Assembly (NCBI GenBank): GCA_030390025.1
Contig: JASTWF010000033.1
Coordinates: 2,172,001-2,236,000 of the forward strand
Reading direction: 5' to 3'
From: Squalus acanthias
Taxonomy: Eukaryota
Length of the DNA: 64,000 bases
Positions within the stretch are counted from its first letter, which is position 1; each line of letters opens with the position of its first letter. Position numbers and translations under genes: made by a program. Under the pieces are notes generated by a model that saw nothing but the letters and a program-made list of their open reading frames with translations, did no database searches and had not been told where the DNA came from. Positions 1-12,839 of this stretch are shown here, in pieces.

Positions 1-3000
1 ATTGAAGTGTAGAGGGACTGAATACAGTGGTGAGGGATTGAACTGTAGAGGGACTGAATACCCTGGTGTGGGATTGAAGTGTAGAGGAACTGAATACAGT
101 GGTGTGGGATTGAAGTGTCGAGGGACTGAATACAGTGGTGTGGGATTGAAGTGTAGAGGGACTGAATACAGTGGTGTGGGATTGAAGTGTCGAGGGACTG
201 AATACAGTGGTGTGAGATTGAAGTGCAGAGGGACTGAATACAGTGGTGTGGGATTGAAGTGTAGAGGGACTGAATACAGTGGTGTGGGATTGAAGTGTAG
301 AGGGACTGAATACAGTGGTGTGGGATTGAAGTGTAGAGGGACTGAATACAGTGGTGTGAGATTGAAGTGTAGAGGGACTGAATACAGTGGTGTGGGATTG
401 AAGTGTAGAGGGACTGAATACAGTGGTGTGAGATTGAAGTGTAGAGGGACTGAATACAGTGGTGTGGGATTGAAGTGTAGAGGGACTGAATACAGTGGTG
501 TGGGATTGAAGTGTAGAGGGACTGAATACAGTGGTGTGGGATTGAAGTGTAGAGGGACTGAATACAGTGGTGTGAGATTGAAGTGTAGAGGGACTGAATA
601 CAGTGGTGAGGGATTGAAGTGTAGAGGGACTGAATACAGTGGTGTTGGATTGAAGTGTAGAGGGACTGAATACAGTGGTGAGAGATTGAAGTGTAGAGGG
701 ACTGAATACAGTGGTGTGAGATTGAAGTGTAGAGGGACTGAATACAGTGGTGTGGATTGAAGTGTAGAGGGACTGAATACAGTGGTGTGAGATTGAAGTG
801 TAGATGGACTGAATACAGTGGTGTGGGATTGAAGTGTAGAGGGACTGAATACAGTGGTGTGAGATTGAAGTGTCGAGGGACTGAATACAGTGGTGTGGGA
901 TTGAAGTGTAGAGGGACTGAATACAGTGGTGAGATTGAAGTGTAGAGGGACTGAATACAGTGGTGAGATTGAAGTGTAGAGGGACTGAATACAGTGGTGT
1001 GAGATTGAAGTGTCGAGGGACTGAATACAGTGGTGAGATTGAAGTGTAGAGGGACTGAATACAGTGGTGTGGGATTGAAGTGTAGAGGGACTGAATACAG
1101 TGGTGAGGGATTGAAGTGTAGAGGGACTGAATACACTGGTTTGAGATTGAAGTGTAGAGGGACTGAATACAGTGGTGAGGGATTGAAGTGTAGAGGACTG
1201 AATACATGGTGTGGAGATTGAAGTGTAGAGGGACTGAATACAGTGTGTGAGATTGAGTGTAGAGGGACTGAATACAGTGGTGTGGGATTGAAGTGTAGAG
1301 GGACTGAATACAGTGGTGTGGGATTGAAGTGTAGAGGGACTGAATACAGTGGTGTGAGATTGAAGTGTAGAGGGACTGAATACCAGTGGTGTGAGATTGA
1401 AGTGTAGAGGGACTGAATACAGTGGTGTGAGATTGAAGTGTAGAGGGACTGAATACAGTGGGTGGGATTGAAGTGTCGAGGGACTGAATACAGTGGTGTG
1501 GATTGAAGTGTAGAGGGACTGAATACAGTGGTGTGGATTGAAGTGTAGAGGGACTGAATACAGTGGTGAGGGATTGAAGTGTAGAGGGACTGAATACCGT
1601 GGTGTGGATTGAAGTGTAGAGGGACTGAATACAGTGGTGTGGGATTGAAGTGTCGAGGGACTGAATACAGTGGTGTGAGATTGAAGTGTAGAGGGACTGA
1701 ATACAGTGGTGTGGGATTGAAGTGTCGAGGGACTGAATACAGTGGTGTGAGATTGAAGTGTAGAGGGACTGAATACAGTGGTGTGGGATTGAAGTGTAGA
1801 GGGACTGAATACAGTGGTGTGGGATTGAAGTGTAGAGGACTGAATACAGTGGTGTGGGATTGAAGTGTAGAGGGACTGATACAGTGGTGTGAGATTGAAG
1901 TGTAGAGGGACTGAATACAGTGGTGTGGATTGAAGGTAGAGGGACTGAATACAGTGGTGTGAGATTGAAGTGTAGAGGGACTGAATACAGTGGTGTGGAT
2001 TGAAGTGTAGAGGGACTGAATACAGTGGTGTGGATTGAAGTGTAGAGGGACTGAATACAGTGGTGTGAGATTGAAGTGTAGAGGGACTGAATACAGTGGT
2101 GTGAGATTGAAGTGTAGAGGGACTGAATACAGTGGTGAGGGATTGAAGTGTAGAGGGACTGAATACAGTGGTGTTGGATTGAAGTGTAGAGGGACTGAAT
2201 ACAGTGGTGAGAGATTGAAGTGTAGAGGGACTGAATACAGTGGTGTGAGATTGAAGTGTAGAGGGACTGAATACAGTGGTGTGAGATTGAAGTGTAGAGG
2301 GACTGAATACAGTGGTGTGAGATTGAAGTGTAGATGGACTGAATACAGTGGTGTGGGATTGAAGTGTAGAGGGACTGAATACAGTGGTGTGAGATTGAAG
2401 TGTCGAGGGACTGAATACAGTGGTGTGGGATTGAAGTGTAGAGGGACTGAATACAGTGGTGAGATTGAAGTGTAGAGGGACTGAATACAGTGGTGAGATT
2501 GAAGTGTAGAGGGACTGAATACAGTGGTGTGAGATTGAAGTGTCGAGGGACTGAATACAGTGGTGAGATTGAAGTGTAGAGGGACTGAATACAGTGGTGT
2601 GGGATTGAAGTGTAGAGGGACTGAATACAGTGGTGAGGGATTGAAGTGTAGAGGGACTGAATACACTGGTTTGAGATTGAAGTGTGGAGGGGACTGAATA
2701 CAGTGGTGAGGGATTGAAGTGTAGAGGGACTGAATACAGTGGTGTGAGATTGAAGTGTAGAGGGACTGAATACAGTGGTGTGAGATTGAAGTGTAGAGGG
2801 ACTGAATACAGTGGTGTGGGATTGAAGTGTAGAGGGACTGAATACAGTGGTGTGAGATTGAAGTGTCGAGGGACTGAATACAGTGGTGAGGGATTGAAGT
2901 GTAGAGGGACTGAATACAGTGGTGTGGGAATGAAGTGTAGAGGGACTGAATACAGTGGTGTGGGATTGAAGTGCAGAGGGACTGAATACAGTGGTGTGAG

Positions 3001-6000
3001 ATTGAAGTGTAGAGGGACTGAATACAGTGGTGTGAGATTGAAGTGTAGAGGGACTGAATACAGTGGTGTGGGATTGAAGTGTAGAGGGACTGAATACCCT
3101 GGTGTGGGATTGAAGTGTAGAGGGACTGAATACAGTGGTGTGGGATTGAAGTGTAGAGGGACTGAATACAGTGGTGTGAGATTGAAGTGTAGAGGGACTG
3201 AATACAGTGGTGTGGGATTGAAGTGTAGAGGGACTGAATACAGTGGTGTGGGATTGAAGTGTAGAGGGACTGAATACCTGGTGTGGGATTGAAGTGTACA
3301 GGGACTGAATACAGTGGTGAGATTGAAGTGTAGAGGGACTGAATACAGTGGTGTGAGATTGATGTGTAGAGGGACTGAATACAGTGGTGAGATTGAAGTG
3401 TACGAGGGACTGAATTACAGTGGTGTGAGATTGATGTGCAGAGGGGACTGAATACAGTGGTGTGGATTGAAGTGTAGAGGGGACTGAATACACGTGGTGA
3501 GATTGAAGTGTAGAGGGACTGAATACAGTGGGTGAGATTGATGTGTAGAGGGACTGAATACAGTGGTGTGAGATTGAAGTGTAGAGGGACTGAATACAGT
3601 GGTGTGGGATTGAAGTGTAGAGGGACTGAATACAGTGGAGTTGGATTGAAGTGTAGAGGGACTGAATACCAGTGTGGGATTGAAGTGTAGAGGGACTGAA
3701 TACAGTGGTGTGGGATTGAAGTGCAGAGGGACTGAATACAGTGGTGTGAGATTGAAGTGTAGAGGGACTGAATACAGTGGTGTGGATTGAAGTGTAGAGG
3801 AACTGAATACAGTGGTGTGAGATTGAAGTGTAGAGGACTGAATACAGTGGTGTGGGATGAAGTGTAGAGGGACTGAATACAGTGGGTTGAGATTGAAGTG
3901 TAGAGGGACTGAATACAGTGGTGAGGGATTGAAGTGTAGAGGGACTGAATACAGTGGTGTTGGATTGAAGTGTAGAGGGACTGAATACAGTGGTGAGAGA
4001 TTGAAGTGTAGAGGGACTGAATACAGTGGTGTGAGATTGAAGTGTAGAGGGACTGAATACAGTGGTGTGGGATTGAAGTGTAGAGGGACTGATACGTGTG
4101 TGAGATTGAAGTGTAGATGGACTGAATACAGTGGTGTTGGATGAAGTGTAGAGGGACTGAATACAGTGGTGTGAGATTGAAGTGTCGAGGACTGAATTCA
4201 GTGGTGTGGATTGAAGTGTAGAGGACTGAATACAGTGGTGAGATTGAAGTGTAGAGGGACTGAATCTGTGGTGAGGTTGATGTGTAGAGGGACTGAATAC
4301 AGTGGTGTGAGATTGAAGTGCGAGGGACTGAATACAGTGGTGAGATTGAAGTGTAGAGGGACTGAATACAGTGGTGTGGGATTGAAGTGTAGAGGGACTG
4401 AATACAGTGGTGAGGGATTGAAGTGTAGAGGGACTGAATACACTGGTTTGAGATTGAAGTGTAGAGGGACTGAATACAGTGGTGAGATTGAAGTGTAGAG
4501 GGACTGAATACAGTGGTGTGAGATTGATGTGTAGAGGGACTGAATACAGTGGTGTGAGATTGAAGTGTAGAGGGACTGAATATAGTGGTGTGGGATTGAA
4601 GTGTAGAGGGACTGAATACAGTGGTGTGGGATTGAAGTGTAGAGGAACTGAATACAGTGGTGAGATTGAAGTGTAGAGGGACTGAATACAGTGGTGTGGG
4701 ATTGAAGTATAGAGGGACTGAATACAGTGGTGTGGGATTGAAGTGCAGAGGGACTGAATACAGTGGTGAGAGATTGAAGTGTGGAGGGACTGAATACAGT
4801 GGTGTGGGATTGAAGTGTAGAGGAACTGAATACAGTGGTGTGAGATTGAAGTGTGGAGGGACTGAATACAGTGGTGTGGGATTGAAGTGTGGAGGGACTG
4901 AATACAGTGGTGTGGGATTGAAGTGTAGAGGGACTGAATACAGTGGTGTGGGATTGAAGTGTAGAGGAACTGAATACAGTGGTGTGAGATTGAAGTGTCG
5001 AGGGACTGAATACAGTGGTGTGGGATTGAAGTGTAGAGGGACTGAATACAGTGGTGTGGGATTGAAGTGTAGAGGGACTGAATACAATGGTGTGAGATTG
5101 AAGTGTAGAGGGACTGAATACAGTGGTGTGGGATTGAAGTGTAGAGGGACTGAATACAGTGGTGAGGGATTGAACTGTAGAGGGACTGAATACCCTGGTG
5201 TGGGATTGAAGTGTAGAGGAACTGAATACAGTGGTGTGGGATTGAAGTGTCGAGGGACTGAATACAGTGGTGTGGGATTGAAGTGTAGAGGGACTGAATA
5301 CAGTGGTGTGGGATTGAAGTGTCGAGGGACTGAATACAGTGGTGTGAGATTGAAGTGCAGAGGGACTGAATACAGTGGTGTGGGATTGAAGTGTAGAGGG
5401 ACTGAATACAGTGGTGTGGGATTGAAGTGTAGAGGGACTGAATACAGTGGTGTGGATTGAAGTGTAGAGGGACTGAATACAGTGGTGTGAGATTGAAGTG
5501 TAGAGGGACTGAATACAGTGGTGTGGGATTGAAGTGTAGAGGGACTGAATACAGTGGTGTGAGATTGAAGTGTAGAGGGACTGAATACAGTGGTGTGGGA
5601 TTGAAGTGTAGAGGGACTGAATACAGTGGTGTGGGATTGAAGTGTAGAGGGACTGAATACAGTGGTGTGGGATTGAAGTGTAGAGGGACTGAATACAGTG
5701 GTGTGAGATTGAAGTGTAGAGGGACTGAATACAGTGGTGAGGGATTGAAGTGTAGAGGGACTGAATACAGTGGTGTTGGATTGAAGTGTAGAGGGACTGA
5801 ATACAGTGGTGAGAGATTGAAGTGTAGAGGGACTGAATACAGTGGTGTGAGATTGAAGTGTAGAGGGACTGAATACAGTGGTGTGGGATTGAAGTGTAGA
5901 GGGACTGAATACAGTGGTGTGAGATTGAAGTGTAGATGGACTGAATACAGTGGTGTGGGATTGAAGTGTAGAGGGACTGAATACAGTGGTGAGATTGAAG

Positions 6001-9000
6001 TGTAGAGGGACTGAATACAGTGGTGTGAGATTGAAGTGTCGAGGGACTGAATACAGTGGTGAGATTGAAGTGTAGAGGGACTGAATACAGTGGTGTGGGA
6101 TTGAAGTGTAGAGGGACTGAATACAGTGGTGAGGGATTGAAGTGTAGAGGGACTGAATACACTGGTGTGAGATTGAAGTGTGGAGGGACTGAATACAGTG
6201 GTGAGGGATTGAAGTGTAGAGGGACTGAATACACTGGTGTGAGATTGAAGTGTAGAGGGACTGAATACAGTGGTGTGAGAATGAAGTGTAGAGGGACTGA
6301 ATACAGTGGTGTGGGATTGAAGTGTCGAGGGACTGAATACAGTGGTGTGAGATTGAAGTGTCGAGGGACTGAATACAGTGGTGAGGGATTGAAGTGTAGA
6401 GGGACTGAATACAGTGGTGTGGGAATGAAGTGTAGAGGGACTGAAGACAGTGGTGTGGGATTGAAGTGCAGAGGGACTGAATACAGTGGTGTGAGATTGA
6501 AGTGTAGAGGGACTGAATACAGTGGTGTGAGATTGAAGTGTAGAGGGACTGAATACAGTGGTGTGGGATTGAAGTGTAGAGGGACTGAATACCCTGGTGT
6601 GGGATTGAAGTGTAGAGGGACTGAATACAGTGGTGTGGGATTGAAGTGTAGAGGGACTGAATACAGTGGTGAGATTGAAGTGTAGAGGGACTGAATACAG
6701 TGGTGTGAGATTGATGTGCAGAGGGACTGAATACAGTGGTGTGGGATTGAAGTGTAGAGGGACTGAATACAGTGGTGAGATTGAAGTGTAGAGGGACTGA
6801 ATACAGTGGTGTGAGATTGATGTGTAGAGGGACTGAATACAGTGGTGTGAGATTGAAGTGTAGAGGGACTGAATACAGTGGTGTGGGATTGAAGTGTAGA
6901 GGGACTGAATACAGTGGTGTTGGATTGAAGTGTAGAGGGACTGAATACCCTGATGTGGGATTGAAGTGTAGAGGGACTGAATATAGTGGTGTGAGATTGA
7001 AGTGTAGAGGGACTGAAAACAGTGGTGTGGGATTGAAGTGCAGAGGGACTGAATACAGTGGTGTGAGATTGAAGTGTAGAGGGACTGAATACAGTGGTGT
7101 GAGATTGAAGTGTAGAGGGACTGAATACAGTGGTGTGGGATTGAAGTGCAGAGGGACTGAATACAGTGGTGTGAGATTGAAGTGTAGAGGGACTGAATAC
7201 AGTGGTGAGATTGAAGTGTAGAGGGACTGAATACAGTGGTGTGGGATTGAAGTGTAGAGGAACTGAATACAGTGGTGTGAGATTGAAGTGTAGAGGGACT
7301 GAATACAGTGGTGTGAGATTGAAGTGTCGAGGGACTGAATATAGTGGTGTGGGATTGAAGTGTAGAGGGACTGAGTACAGTGGTGTGAGATTGAAGTGTA
7401 GAGGGACTGAATACAGTGGTGTGAGATTGAAGTGTAGAGGGACTGAATACAGTGGTGTGGGATTGAAGTGTAGAGGGCCTGAATACAGTGGTGTGGGATT
7501 GAAGTGTAGAGGGACTGAATACAGTGGTGTGAGATTGAAGTGTAGAGGGACTGAATACAGTGGTGTGGGATTGAAGTGTAGAGGAACTGAATACAGTGGT
7601 GAGAGATTGAAGTGTCGAGGGACTGAATACAGTGGTGTGGGATTGAAGTGTAGAGGGACTGAATACAGTGGTGAGAGATTGAAGTGTCGAGGGACTGAAT
7701 ACAGTGGTGAGATTGAAGTGTAGAGGGACTGAATACAGTGGTGTGGGATTGAAGTGTAGAGGGACTGAATACAGTGGTGTGGGATTGAAGTCTAGAGGGA
7801 CTGAATACAGTGGTGTGGGATTGAAGTGTAGAGGAACTGAATACAGTGGTGAGATTGAAGTGTAGAGGGACTGAATACAGTGGTGTGGGATTGAAGTATA
7901 GAGGGACTGAATACAGTGGTGTGGGATTGAAGTGCAGAGCGACTGAATACAGTGGTGAGAGATTGAAGTGTGGAGGGACTGAATACAGTGGTGTGGGATT
8001 GAAGTGTAGAGGAACTGAATACAGTGGTGTGAGATTGAAGTGTGGAGGGACTGAATACAGTGGTGTGGGATTGAAGTGTGGAGGGACTGAATACAGTGGT
8101 GTGGGATTGAAGTGCAGAGGGACTGAATACAGTGGTGTGGGATTGAAGTGTAGAGGAACTGAATACAGTGGTGTGAGATTGAAGTGTCGAGGGACTGAAT
8201 ACAGTGGTGTGGGATTGAAGTGTAGAGGGACTGAATACAGTGGTGTGAGATTGAAGTGTAGAGGGACTGAATACAGTGGTGTGGGATTGAAGTGTAGAGG
8301 GACTGAATACAGTGGTGTGGGATTGAAGTGTAGAGGGACTGAATACAGTGGTGTGAGATTGAAGTGTAGAGGGACTGAATACCCTGATGTGAGATTGAAG
8401 TGTAGAGGAACTGAATACCCTGGTGAGGGATTGAAGTGTCGAGGGACTGAATACGGTGGTGAGATTGAAGTGTAGAGGGACTGAATACAGTGGTGTGGGA
8501 TTGAAGTGTAGAGGGACTGAATACAGTGGTGTGGGATTGAAGTGTAGAGGGACTGAATACAGTGGTGTGAGATTGAAGTGTAGAGGGACTGAATACAGTG
8601 GTGTGGGATTGAAGTGTAGAGGGACTGAATAGAGTGGTGAGGGATTGAAGTGTAGAGGGACTGAATACAGTGGTGAGATTGAAGTGTCGAGGGACTGAGT
8701 ACAGTGGTGAGGGATTGAAGTGTCGAGGGACTGAGTACAGTGGTGAGGGATTGAAGTGTAGAGGGACTGAATACAGTGGTGAGATTGAAGTGTAGAGGGA
8801 CTGAATACCCTGGTGTGGGATTGAAGTGTAGAGGGACTGAATACAGTGGTGTGAGATTGAAGTGTAGAGGGACTGAATACAGTGGTGTGAGATTGAAGTG
8901 TCGAGGGACTGAGTACAGTGGTGAGGGATTGAAGTGTAGAGGGACTGAATACAGTGGTGAGATTGAAGTGTCGAGGGACTGAATACAGTGGTGTGGGATT

Positions 9001-12000
9001 GAAGTGCAGAGGGACTGAATACAGTGGTGTGAGATTGAAGTGTAGAGGGACTGAATACAGTGGTGTGAGATTGAAGTGTAGAGGGACTGAATACAGTGGT
9101 GTGAGATTGAAGTGTAGAGGGACTGAATACAGTGGTGTGAGATTGAAGTGTAGAGGGACTGAATACAGTGGTGTGAGATTGAAGTGTAGAGGGACTGAAT
9201 ACAGTGGTGTGAGATTGAAGTGTAGAGGGACTGTATACAGTGGTGTGAGATTGAAGTGTAGAGGGACTGTATACAGTGGTGTGAGATTGAAGTGTAGAGG
9301 GACTGAATACAGTGGGGAGATTGAAGTGTCGAGGGACTGAATACAGTGGTGTGGGATTGAAGTGAAGAGGGACTGAATACAGTGGTGTGGGATTGAAGTG
9401 TAGAGGGACTGAATACAGTGGTGAGGGATTGAAGTGTAGAGGGACTGAATACAGTGGTGTGGGATTGAAGTGTAGAGGGACTGAATGTGTGGTGTGAGAT
9501 TGAAGTGTCGAGGGACTGAATACAGTGGTGTGAGATTGAAGTGTAGTGGGACTGAATACAGTGGTGTGGGATTGAAGTGTAGAGGGACTGAATACAGTGG
9601 TGTGAGATTGAAGTGTAGAGGGACTGAATGTGTGGTGTGGGATTGAAGTGTCGAGGGACTGAATACAGTGGTGTGGGATTGAAGTGTTGAGGGACTGAAT
9701 ACCCTGGTGAGGGATTGAAGTGTAGAGGGACTGAATACAGTGGTGTGAGATTGAAGTGTAGAGGGACTGAATGTGTGGTGTGGGATTGAAGTGTAGAGGG
9801 ACTGAATACAGTGGTGTGGGATTGAAGTGTAGAGGGACTGAATACAGTGGTGTGAGATTGAAGTGTAGAGGGACTGCATACAGTGGTGTGAGATTGAAGT
9901 GTAGAGGGACTGAATACAGTGGTGTGGGATTGAAGTGTTGAGGGACTGAATACCCTGATGTGAGATTGAAGTGTAGAGGGACTGAATACAGTGGTGTGAG
10001 ATTGAAGTGTAGAGGGACTGCATACAGTGGTGTGAGATTGAAGTGTAGAGGGACTGAATACAGTGGTGTTGGATTGAAGTGTAGAGGGACTGAATACAGT
10101 GGTGTGAGATTGAAGTGTAGAGGGACTGAATGTGTGGTGTGAGATTGAAGTGTCGAGGGACTGAATACAGTGGTGTGAGATTGAAGTGTAGAGGGACTGA
10201 ATACAGTGGTGTGGGATTGAAGTGTAGAGGGACTGAATACAGTGGTGTGGGATTGAAGTGTTGAGGGACTGAATACCCTGGTGAGGGATTGAAGTGTAGA
10301 GGGACTGAATACAGTGGTGTGAGATTGAAGTGCAGAGGGACTGAATACAGTGGTGTTGGATTGAAGTGTCGAGGGACTGAGTACAGTGTTGTGGGATTGA
10401 AGTGAAGAGGGACTGAATACAGTGGTGTGGGATTGAAGTGTAGAGGGACTGAATACAGTGGTGTGAGATTGAAGTGTAGAGGGACTGAATACAGTGGTGT
10501 GGGATTGAAGTGTCGAGGGACTGAATACAGTGGTGTGGGATTGAAGTGTCGAGGGACTGAATACAGTGGTGTGGGATTGAAGTGCGGAGGGACTGAATAC
10601 AGTGGTGTGGGATTGAAGTGTAGAGGGACTGAATACAGTGGTGTGAGATTGAAGTGTAGAGGGACTGAATACAGTGGTGTGAGATTGAAGTGTAGAGGGA
10701 CTGAATACAGTGGTGTGGGATTGAAGTGTAGAGGGACTGAATACAGTGGTGTGAGATTGAAGTGTAGAGGGACTGAATACAGTGGTGTGGGATTGAAGTG
10801 TAGAGGGACTGAATACCCTGGTGAGGGATTGAAGTGTAGAGGGACTGAATACAGTGGTGTGAGATTGAAGTGTAGAGGGACTGAATACAGTGGTGAGGGA
10901 TTGAAGTGTAGAGGGACTGAATACAGTGGTGTGGGATTGAAGTGTAGAGGGACTGAATACAGTGGTGAGATTGAAGTGTAGAGGGACTGAATACCCTGAT
11001 GTGAGATTGAAGTGTAGAGGGACTGAATACAGTGGTGTGGGATTGAAGTGTAGAGGGACTGAATACAGTGGTGTGAGATTGAAGTGTAGAGGGACTGAAT
11101 ACAGTGGTGTGAGATTGAAGTGTAGAGGGACTGAATACAGTGGTGTGGGATTGAAGTGTAGAGGGACTGAATACAGTGGTGTGGGATTGAAGTGTAGAGG
11201 GACTGAATACAGTGGTGTGGGATTGAAGTGGAGAGGGACTGAATACAGTGGTGTGGGATTGAAGTGTAGAGGGACTGAATACAGTGGTGTGGGATTGAAG
11301 TGTAGAGGGACTGAATATAGTGGTGTGAGATTGAAGTGTAGAGGGACTGAAAACAGTGGTGTGAGATTGAAGTGTAGAGGGACTGAAAACAGTGGTGTGA
11401 GATTGAAGTGTAGAGGGACTGAATACAGTGGTGTGGGATTGAAGTGTGGAGGGACTGAATACAGTGGTGTGGGATTGAAGTGTAGAGGGACTGAATATAG
11501 TGGTGTGAGATTGAAGTGTAGAGGGACTGAATACCCTGGTGTGGGATTGAAGTGTCGAGGGACTGAATACCCTGATGTGAGATTGAAGTGTAGAGGGACT
11601 GAATACAGTGGTGTGGGATTGAAGTGTAGAGGGACTGAATACAGTGGTGTGAGATTGTAGTGTAGAGGGACTGAATACAGTGATGTGAGATTGAAGTGTG
11701 GAGGGACTGAATACAGTGGTGTGGGATTGAAGTGTAGAGGGAGTGAATACAGTGGTGAGATTGAAGTGTCGAGGGACTGAATACAGTGGTGTGGGATTGA
11801 AGTGTAGAGGGACTGAATACAGTGGTGTGGATTGAAGTGTAGAGGGACTGAATACAGTGGTGTGGGATTGAAGTGTAGAGGGACTGAATACAGTGGTGTG
11901 GGATTGAAGTGTAGAGGGACTGAATACAGTGGTGTGGGATTGAAGTGTAGAGCGACTGAATACAGTGGTGTGAGATTGAAGTGTAGAGGGACTGAATACA

Positions 12001-12839
12001 GTGGTGTGGGATTGAAGTGTAGAGGGACTGAATACAGTGGTGTGGGATTGAAGTGTCGAGGGACTGAATACAGTGGTGTGAGATTGAAGTGTCGAGGGAC
12101 TGAATACAGTGGTGTGAGATTGAAGTGTAGAGGGACTGAATACAGTGGTGTGAGATTGAAGTGTAGAGGGACTGAATACAGTGGTGAGATTGAAGTGTAG
12201 AGGGACTGAATACAGTGGTGTGGGATTGAAGTGTAGAGCGACTGAATACAGTGGTGTGAGATTGAAGTGTAGAGGGACTGAATACAGTGGTGTGAGATTG
12301 AAGTGTAGAGGGACTGAGTACAGTGGGGAGATTGAAGTGCAGAGGGACTGAATACAGTGGTGAGATTGAAGTGTAGAGGGACTGAATACAGTGGTGTGGG
12401 ATTGAAGTGTAGAGGGACTGAATACAGTGGTGTGAGATTGAAGTGTAGAGGGACTGAATACAGTGGTGTGAGATTGAAGTGTAGAGGAACTGAATACAGT
12501 GGTGAGATTGAAGTGTAGAGGGACTGAATACAGTGGTGAGATTGAAGTGTAGAGGGACTGAATACAGTGGTGTGGGATTGAAATGTAGAGGGACTGAATA
12601 CAGTGGTGTGGGATTGAAATGTAGAGGGACTGAATACAGTGGTGTGGGATTGAAGTGTAGAGGGACTGAATACAGTGGTGTGAGATTGAAGTGTGGAGGG
12701 ACTGAATACAGTGGTGTGAGATTGAAGTGCAGAGGGACTGAATACAGTGGTGTGGGATTGAAGTGTAGAGGGACTGAATACAGTGGTGTGGGATTGAAGT
12801 GTGGAGGGACTGAATACAGTGGTGTGAGATTGAAGTGTA
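1..12839. repeat. 36-bp minisatellite/satellite array, consensus ATTGAAGTGTAGAGGGACTGAATACAGTGGTGTG(G/A)G, with frequent 34-bp variants; truncated by the window start
   Basis: Continuous tandem repetition read directly. The 12-aa periodic translation (LKCRGTEYSGVG/R) reflects the 36-bp period. The array ends abruptly at ...ttgaagtgta|attaattaattaa. Confidence 0.98.

Noticed and set aside
1..12839. CRISPR-like array (36-bp repeat length)
   Set aside because: No unique spacers and no cas genes. The context is a vertebrate genome.
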